The notes beneath the pieces are model-generated. The model saw only the letters and a list, made by a program, of their open reading frames with translations, did not search any database and was not told the origin of the DNA. A DNA stretch of 58,561 nucleotides from positions 7,644,949-7,703,509 of the forward strand of contig NC_069009.1 of assembly GCF_001194135.2 (NCBI RefSeq). Reading direction: 5' to 3'. Of the stretch, positions 49,903 to 58,561 are shown piece after piece. Source of the stretch: Octopus bimaculoides (lineage: Eukaryota). How positions within the stretch are numbered: position 1 is the first letter of the stretch; each line of letters begins with the position of its first letter. The position numbers and the translations under genes are program-made.

Positions 49903-50471
49903 TAATTGTTTTATGCACCTATATAGTTGCGAGCAGACAGAGACACCTTCTTGACCCTCCAACCTTTGACCCAGCAGGATATAATAGATGTAACAGCTAA
50001 AGAGAAAAAAGGGTTATTCTAGGACTGGGCTAAGTATACTGGAGAAACATGGGATAAAGCATCTTACTCTATGACACAACACATGATCTTCTCTAGGAAT
50101 TGAACCCAACACCTTAACCACTAGGCCACACACCTTCACACTTGATGAATTATATGAATACAATCGTGGCTAAAAGTTTGGAAGATTTTCTTTAAAATTT
50201 CAATTGTTATGACCAAGAACAATTTGATTGAAATATAACATTGGACATTTAATATAAAAATTCTAATTTTGAGATCTATGTTCTAAACTTTTGGATACGA
50301 CTGTATATAACAAGAAATAATGATCTAGTGCAGAAAATATTAGTGAGTGATTAATATTGTATATATTTGCTGAAATACAAAAATAATAGTCACTGACAAA
50401 TATTTTCTTCACCATCTTTCTGGAAAATGATGCATGCATTAAATATATTAGCACTTAAGATAAATATGTAT

Positions 50472-50830
50472 GTATGGCTGTGTGGTAAGAAGCTTGCTTC
50501 CCAATCACATGGTTCAGAGTTCAGCCCCACTGTGTGGCACCTTGGGCAAGTGTCTTCTACTATAGCCTTGGACCAACCAAAGCTTTGAATGGATTTGAAA
50601 GATGGNNNNNNNNNNGTTTTTGTGTCTGTGTTTGTCCCCACCACCACTACTTGACAACTGGTGCTGGTGTGTTTATGTCCCTGTAACTTAGCAGTTCAGC
50701 AAAACAGATTGATAGAGTAAGTACCAGACTTTAAAAAAAATAAATACTGGGGTTGATATGTTCAGCTAAAATTTCAAGGTGGTTCCCCAACATAGCTGTG
50801 GTCAAATGATTGAAACAAGTAAAAGATAAA
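50472..50830 (+). mobile_element. SINE family A, CpG-eroded copy
   Basis: All SINE blocks present; consensus CpGs replaced by TG/CA. Confidence 0.85.
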
Positions 50831-53159
50831 AGATTATATATTTAACAAATGTAAAATGTATAGTTTATGTACACAAAATACGTTTGTGAGGGTTTGTGAG
50901 TTTGTGTGTTTCTTTATTTATAATTTTTGTTGATAGTTAAATTATTTACAAAAGCTCCATCACTTCATCTTACAAATCATTGTCATTTTGCACAAAATTT
51001 AGCTAATTCTGTTTAAAACGTAAGTCATCTGTCCCCCAACTCTAACACCAATTAATTATTGCTGCATTAGCTAATTTCAAGAAATAGTAAACCAAATAAC
51101 AGTAGATGTTATCAGGTGCCTATCTTATATTGATCTCATAGCTAGATCATTGAAATTTAGATATTTTCACCACACTTACTCTTTCAACAACCAGAATAGA
51201 AAAATACTATGGACTTGTCAACATGAATATGAAACTCAACAAATAGATAATTACCTTTTTTTGTTTACTAAACTACCACTCTCAACTCTGAATGCATCCA
51301 CTCATGTCCACACAAAGCATTCAAACTTCTTATACAATTTAAACCAATAATATATCCTTACATTTAGTCTCCATATATAATTATTTTAACTGATAAAGTG
51401 TACTTTTAATGACCAAATCTCTCTTAACTTGTAGTTAGTATGTATAGGTTTTCTTTGCCTTTTTTTATGTCTAGATTGTTACATTTATAATTTTCTACCA
51501 TTATGTAACTCTCATATCAATCTGTACATATGTACACTTTAACTCTTTAACTAGTTTCAGCTTGAGAGCTGTGGCCATACTGGGGTATCACTTTTTAAAA
51601 AAATATATATGCATATGTGCAGCACTATTTTTGTGGCAAATTTTCTATGACTGGATGCCCTTCCTGTGTCCAACCCCTGCCTGTTTCCAAAGATGTAATG
51701 TTTTCCCTCGTATTTGTTACAGAAAGCAAAAGCACTTTCGCACATGTCTCAAACAGATCCAATTCGGTTAAAGAATACACAAGAGATAACAAATGTAAAA
51801 CTATATTCCTCAAAAACAACCATCCTGTCCTAAAACTCTCAATTTATAATCCCCCACTTAAAGAATGCTTACTGCTATGATTAATCATATCTTGAAAGCT
51901 ACCTTTATAATTGTTATAAGCTAGCATCTTTCTTTTCCTAAGTACTTATCTGTTAATGTTACTTTACTCTTTATTAGAAAGCACATTTTATACATTAGTG
52001 ACAAATATACTTTTAATATTTAATCAGGTTCCCTACAACACATGTTCCTTAGTCATGTGATGATTGATATTAAAAACCAACCTTTAATATTTTTTATAAA
52101 CCATATCATACTCTATCTTAACCAGATTGCCAAACATCTACCATCTGATTGTAATTTGGTAATCCTACCAGTACTCACACTAATAATTCTATCTAAATTC
52201 CTTGCCACTCACTCCCCCCCCCTCCCAGTTCTTTTCAACTAACCATAACACAATTATTCAACTGCTTCCATATTAACCACATCATATAACATTACTCACA
52301 ATTCCAAACAGTTATATATCAGCTGACAGTTTTCTGGTCAAAAATTCTTCTAAAAGCAATATAAACACTACCAATTTATCAAACACCATTATGGTTAAAT
52401 AATTCTAATTTTATTCCCATTTTTATGTTAATCTATAGGATGTTGTACCGTATAACTCCTACATTCAACCTACTCTCATATTTCCTCACCACTACCTCAT
52501 TAAAGTTCTTCCATTTAACTCGTCAAACAACATAATTTATTAAATATTTAATGGGAAAAAAATATATGTAAGAGGCGTTGATGGTTATGTCCCATTAAGT
52601 TCACAGATTTAATCTTACAAATGCAATGGTTAAGAAAATATTAAGCTGAGAGTGTTGTCATTATTGAATTCTATTTCTTTTGAAGTTTCAGAAAGGCATT
52701 TTCATGCCAAAATATCAGATTATGATTGAAAAAATATTATACTGTTTGGCTTCATTAGCTCATTTACTTAAGTCAGTTATAAAATACTGTGTGTGTGTGA
52801 GTGTGTGTGTGTGTGTGTGTGAGTGTGTGTGTGTGAGTGTGTGTGTGTGTTGCATTCTTGGTTATCAAATTAAATATTTAAACAAGTTTTAGTGTGAGGG
52901 CTTACAGTTAAGGTTAAGGTTTATGGTTAGTGTTTAGTCTTTAAAGGTCTGGGTTTAGACTCCTGTCCATTTTTTAATGAAATTTTATATTATTCATAAA
53001 TGATTTTTTTGAATTAGGCACAAAAAATCAACTACAAAGCCAGAGGGTAAAATTTCATCTTAGCTTGTTTTCACAAACATAAATTTGTTATCCAACAAAC
53101 TGCATTAGTCATGCCGATCCTGCGTAATAACTTTATGTTAGTTTCAACAATTTTTTTTT

Positions 53160-53352
53160 ACTTTTTACTTGTTTCAATCATTAGACTGTGGCCTTGCAGG
53201 GGTCCACCCTGAGGAATGTTAGTCAAACTAATCAATCTAGTACTTACTTTCTTCTTAGGCTTTGATATTTATTCTATCAGGCTTTTTTGCAGAACTGCTA
53301 AGTCACAGGGACATAAACACACCAACACTAGTTGTGAAGTAGTGGTGGGGAC
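53160..53352 (-). mobile_element. SINE family A 3' half, CpG-eroded
   Basis: gcagaactgctaagtcacagggacataaac versus near-consensus gccgaaccgctaagttacggggacgtaaac. Confidence 0.8.
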
Positions 53353-53949
53353 TCAGAGATAGATAAATACATACATACATATATATATATATATAGAATA
53401 AGAATAGCCTGGGCCAAGTTTAGAGAGCNNNNNNNNNNNNNNNNNNNNNNNNNNNNNNNNNNNNNNNNNNNNNNNNNNNNNNNNNNNNNNNNNNNNNNNN
53501 NNNNNNNNNNNNNNNNNNNNNNNNNNNNGGAGGAGGCGGTGTAGAGGTGGGGGAGGAGGAGGAGGGGGAGAAGAGGTGGGATGGGGTACATATATATAAC
53601 TACATGCGCCAATATAGCGATACGTATGCTTAGGCATATGTGTGTTTATGTATGTGTGCACGTAAAGAAATATACATATACATATACGGGCACACACGAA
53701 TATATGTATTATTCAGCTGTGTATATATGTATGTATAATAGAAATAGCTTTCAAAGAGAAAAATAAACTACACGTGGTAGATATATGGGGAAAGTAAGAA
53801 GAAAAAGCGAAAATGCAAATTGGATATAAAAAATAAAGACTTTTTTAATGAAAAGTAGCGATAAATATACACAATTATATGAACTGAGGTAGAATTAAGA
53901 GGAATAAAAGTCATTATTTTGACTTGTTAAAGGGATTCAATGTCATAAT

Positions 53950-55480
53950 GGTTTCGTCATTTGCTGTTCACTGGCTTTGAATGCGCACCGATTACCAAAC
54001 GGTGTCGGGTCTACTAGTCTCTGAATAAAATGATTGTATGCAAGGGAGGTAAGTAGTTCTGGGAGTGGCGCAATTAGGGCAGATGTAATACTGTAATATG
54101 AATGGTGTATGGAATGTATGGGTATTAGTGGTATTAATGGTAAGGTTAGCAGTGTTCTATATTATGTGTTCATGTTGAGTTGATATTTATTGATGAAAGT
54201 TGCTTCTTTATTCATTCTTTGCTGAACTGATGTGTTCTGTGAACATTGATATAAAGGAAAAATTAGGAAGTTAGTATTAAGGTTCCTAGCACACCTTTCT
54301 ATGTGTTCATTGATGTGTAACTGTCAGTATTTTAGGTAGCAGATTTCTTCTTTGTGCAGAGTTGTTCTTCGACGGAGTGACATTCCTGTTTGGCCTATAT
54401 AATGATTACCGCACCCAAAGCAGGTAATGGCATAGATTAGGTTTTCCGAGGCACAGGTGAAATTTGATTTTATGTTAAATATTTCACCTTGTTTAAAGTG
54501 GAACTCTGTACCCTCCAAAAGGTGGGTACTTTTGATACTGTTGTTAATGGATATAATAGTCTTGCGTTGGTTAATATTTTTTTCAATGGTTTCGGTTGCA
54601 TTTTGCCCTTGATCATTTTGTGTGAGACTAAAATTTTGTTCATTGTTTTATCTCCTGTGAGGATGGGTAGATTTTGTATGATAACGTTGAAGGCCTCATT
54701 GTTTCTAGGATTGTGTGTGGAGATGTATGGAGTATTTTAAAGTCTGCTTTAGTATTTCGATTGACTTCCCTTAATGTTCGTATGTCTATTTCCTTAGCTC
54801 GCTTAATTCCATCATTTATTAAAGATATTGGGTAATGTCTCTTGAATAGTATTGATCCGAGTTCAGAGAGTCTTCGTTCACGAGTTTTGGTATCCGAAAC
54901 TATGGTACAGATTCTTTTCGCTAGATTATAAGGTATATTAATTTTTATGTGTTTGGGGTGGCATGAGTTGAATAATAGGCATTGTTTTGAATCTGTGGGC
55001 TTATAGAAGATGTCCGTTTCGATGTGATTATTGACTATTTTAATTAGGATGTCAAGAAAAGGAAGTTGTTTATTGCTGTGTTCCATGGAGAATTGTATGT
55101 TACTATTGATATTGTTGAGCATTATTTTGAAATCGAGGAATTTGTCCATGCTGTCTTTCCAAAGTATAAAGCAATCATTTAAATACCTCTTTCAGTTCTC
55201 CTTTAAATAGCAATGAAATAAGGTGCCATATTTTTGTAGTGATGATTGGTATATTTTAAGTTCTAGGTAACCCATTACAAGGTTCGCAATCACTGGGGCA
55301 GCTCGAGTTCCCATTGCAATTCCACATTTTTGTCGATAGTAAACTGTATCGAACATGAAATAGTTGTTCAGTATGATGAATTTCAGTGCTGCAATTATGA
55401 ATCTGTGGTTGATGCGTCCCGGGATTTCTTTTGAGTATTTTTCTCGCCAGAAGGTGATTGCTTCTATATCATAATCGTGA
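53950..55480 (-). mobile_element. PLE with RT and GIY-YIG, disrupted (YLDD to YLND, stops, frameshifts)
   Basis: ILNNYFMFDTVYYRQKCGIAMGTRAAPVIANLVMG..RYLNDCF..LPFLDI..DIFYKPTDS..FNSCHPKH..; LIYAITCFGCGNHYIGQTGMSLRRR. Confidence 0.92.
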
Positions 55481-55481
55481 G

Positions 55482-55830
55482 CAGGTGCGGTTGCGTGTTA
55501 TGAAGTATACTTGGCAACCACGTGGTTCTGGGTTCAGTGCGTACCACCCTCGGTAAGTGTCTTGCACTGCAGTCTCGGGCCGATCAAAACCTTGTGAGTT
55601 TTTAGACGGAAGCTTAAAGAAACCCGTCGTACATGTGTGTGTGTGTGTGTGTGTTTGTATTTGTGTCTGTGTTTGTCCCTTCCCACCGCTCGAGAACCGG
55701 TGTTGGTGCGTTTACGTCATCGTAACATAGTGATTCGACTTAAGCGACTGATAGAATAAGTACCAAGCTTTAAAAAGTACTGGGATCGATTCATTTGACT
55801 AGATGTCCTTCAAGGCAGTGCCCAGCATGG
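55482..55830 (+). mobile_element. SINE family A (CpGs retained)
   Basis: Full structure. Confidence 0.8.
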
Positions 55831-56147
55831 CCATACACACATACACACACACATGTATATCATATCAACTGCACTACGAGACACTTTCTTATTCATCAAT
55901 TGGATGCTGCAATAATTTTGGCTCTTATTGTCAACATCATCCTCACTAGAGTCCCCTTCAGGCAAAAGTGACGCTTCCAGAGATTGTCTAGTTTGTTTTA
56001 ACCAATACATTCTTCTTTCATTATACACTACGCCACTACATCAAACCATTCCAAACATACTCCACCTATTCTAGTTTTATTCTTTGCTTAATATTTGCCA
56101 TCTGCTTTCACTTTTGCTCTTTCTCTTACAAATAGTTTCTTTCTTCT

Positions 56148-56480
56148 TTTATCTTTTACTTGCACTAAGTCACGCCGGGACAACGCCATGAAGTATCTTA
56201 GTCGAAGAAATCGACATCAGTACTTCACTTACTTTTCTTCGTAAGTATGGTCTCTTTTGCTCAGCGCCTAATTTACGGGAACGTACACAAACCAACACCC
56301 ACCTCGTACACATATATAAACGATGGTCCTCCACACAGTTTCTGTCTACCAAATTCACTTACAAGGCATTAGGCGACCCGGAGCTATAGTAGAAGACACT
56401 TGCCTAAGGTGCTGCCCAACGAGACTGAACCAGAAACCGCTTGGTTGCAAAGCGAGCCTCTTCACTACCCAGCCGTCTTT
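56148..56480 (-). mobile_element. SINE family A
   Basis: Full structure, diverged. Confidence 0.75.
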
Positions 56481-56586
56481 ACGCTTATGATGATGCAGTT
56501 TCTATTTCTCTCTTCAGTTCATGACTCACTGCTCTGCTGTCCTTCTTAAACCCATTGTCAATTATGTCGACGTTCTAGATCTAGAT

Positions 56587-57032
56587 CAATGTTTCTCAAC
56601 CCTATTTTTGCCTAAGGATCCCCCTGATTTCTATTTTACTCTACTGGGCCCCCATATTATAAAAAATCCTATTATATTTTTTAAATAAAATATTAAGAAT
56701 TGTATTAAAAAATTAAAGGCTATTTGCCAATATAATGTGGCTATCCAGGAAGGGACGATTGTTACTGTTGTTTAACCTTAGGAAACATCGTTTCCAGTAA
56801 CAGTCATCCCTTCCAAGACAGCCACATTATGTTGGCGAAGTAGCCTTTACTTTAAAAACTATTACTGAATATCTTTTTTTGAGAGATTTAGAAATAATAA
56901 TATTTCTATTAAAAAATTGTTGACATATTTTGTGAATTGTCGATGTATGACAAATTTATTGCTCATAAACTTTAATAATAAAATCTTATATGAACCCTGA
57001 AGAGTTATAGCGACCCCGGTTGATAACCACTG
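56587..57032. mobile_element. hAT (Charlie/MER5-like) MITE
   Basis: TIRs caatgtttctcaacc / ggttgataaccactg; 8-bp TSD atctagat / gtctagat (NTCTAGAN). Confidence 0.85.
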
Positions 57033-57439
57033 GTCTAGATAGAACCCCACGACATCCACTCTCTCTTGTGGAACTACTCACTCTTCACTGCCATCGTCGT
57101 GACTCACATCATTCTTTAAGAGCTTTGTATTTTAGTATCTCCTATCCCTGTACCGATTTGTACCCAACACACCCTCAACACAACAAAGAGGACCTCATTT
57201 CATGAAGTCAAATCAATTTATAAAGTCAGGATATTGCAGAAGAACTTTGGAGCACGAGTGCTTCTATCATCTCCTCTCAGACCTCTCCACTCATGAACAC
57301 TACAGATCGGGTTTCGGTTTTGCTTGGTTTATACTCGTGTCTTGTTCTGTCCCATCCCCGTTGGATGCGTTGTCTTCTCTCATCCTTCTCACAGAAACCA
57401 ACAGGATAGAGAGTGTATTGTCCTTTTTTACAATGTAAG

Positions 57440-58240
57440 TATGACCAATACTCTTAATTGCTTACACCATTTACTATTACAGTTGACATTCAATTTTAAA
57501 GTGGAATTTCTTAATCTAACTTCGAATTATGGACAAAATGCTTTGGTATCCCGTCGAAATTCCTATAATAGCTAATTTAAACGCGATAAGAGATGCTTTG
57601 TTTCTCTCATTGCTTCCATTTTGATGCTAATATCGTTCAAAAAGCACTAGTGTTAGTAATATCAGGGATCTTCAGATCTTCATTACTTCCGATTAGGGTC
57701 TTGTGACTCTTCTTACCAGCTCCGTAGCCAATACAAAGAGGTGTGAAGAAATCGTACAATACATCATGATACTGTCTTCAGTAACAACCAGTTGATGGTA
57801 CTTTGATGGTAAACAGCAGAATTCTAACCCAGGGTACAACTATAGAAGTTCTTTCAGATGTCGCGTCCTTCACTACACAGAAATATGAATCTGCAAGTTT
57901 AAGCCAGAAAACCTGAAATATTCTCCCTTTTTAAATTAATGAATGGAGGGGATTTCAACACGACAGATCTGTGGAGCTCCGATTTACTATTTTTATAAGG
58001 GGAAAGCAGCCTCGAAATCTCAGACCCCCAACTTTCTGAACGAATATATCTATGAATTCATTCATAACTAGAAACCTTAACTAACATCTCACCTTCTGCA
58101 GTGAAGAGAGATCTTAATCAGTGGTGCCTTTCCAGTTTAGGCTCCTGAAAACTCTCGACCTAGTTCCGGGCTACATCGTGGTTCTTTTTAAGCGTGCATT
58201 AGTGAACTAACCAACAGTAGAGAAGTGTTAATAAACTTAT
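57440..58240 (+). mobile_element. Possible very degraded PLE RT
   Basis: Only weak peptides (YFDGK, ILTQG, KP, ISGAF); many stops. Confidence 0.3.
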
Positions 58241-58277
58241 ATGAAGCACCCTGTTTGTGTAGGGTCTTTTAGGACTC

Positions 58278-58465
58278 ATCTTGTATTCGTTTCTTTCTCT
58301 TTTACTTGCTTCAGTTATCGGACTGCACTCGCGCTGGTTCACTGCCTTCGAAGGTTTTCGAACAGATTGACCCTAGTTCTTATTTTTCTAAAGTTTATTG
58401 ATCACGTTTGTGGAACCACTAAGAAGATGTAAACAAACCAAAGCAGGCTGTCAAGTGCAGTGTCA
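58278..58465 (-). mobile_element. SINE family A 3' half
   Basis: Tail motif ttttacttgcttcagt.. and body. Confidence 0.7.
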
Positions 58466-58523
58466 CAAGCACACGCGCGCACACACACACACAAACACAA
58501 CACACACACACAAACACAACACA

Positions 58524-58561
<38 letters not shown>

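Noticed and set aside
48872-58561. Catalytic-domain exons of the protease
   Set aside because: No TAAHC, DIAL or GDSGG-like coding segment was seen by eye; they presumably lie beyond the window or in a gap

Overview
AT-rich (about one third GC), gap-containing eukaryotic genomic DNA. The tRNA-derived SINE families and dense (CA)/(TA)/(GATA)/(ATT) microsatellites point to a cephalopod, probably Octopus (inference). The only well-supported host gene is a + strand gene with long introns, of which three phase-compatible exons are visible: 28215-28547, 34064-34349 and 48747-48871. They encode two TSP1-like WxxWxxC repeats followed by the zymogen activation site of a trypsin-family (S1A) serine protease (CG...R|IIGG...SWPWQ). 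Its N-terminal exon is uncertain and the catalytic exons were not found in the window. Almost everything else is transposable-element debris: more than 20 SINE copies, at least 8 Penelope-like (RT + GIY-YIG) remnants, RTE LINE ends, two R4/Dong-type RLE LINEs stacked in one (TAA)n tract, an Academ-type DNA transposase with an XPG-like domain, mariner, Tc1 and Tigger remnants, a hAT MITE, a Helentron-associated element and several foldback/MITE hairpins. The most interesting observations are several degenerate hammerhead-ribozyme-like motifs, a pre-miRNA-like intronic hairpin, and a sharply bounded CpG-depleted domain at about 46.4-53.4 kb. All assignments come from manual reading and motif recall; no searches were run.
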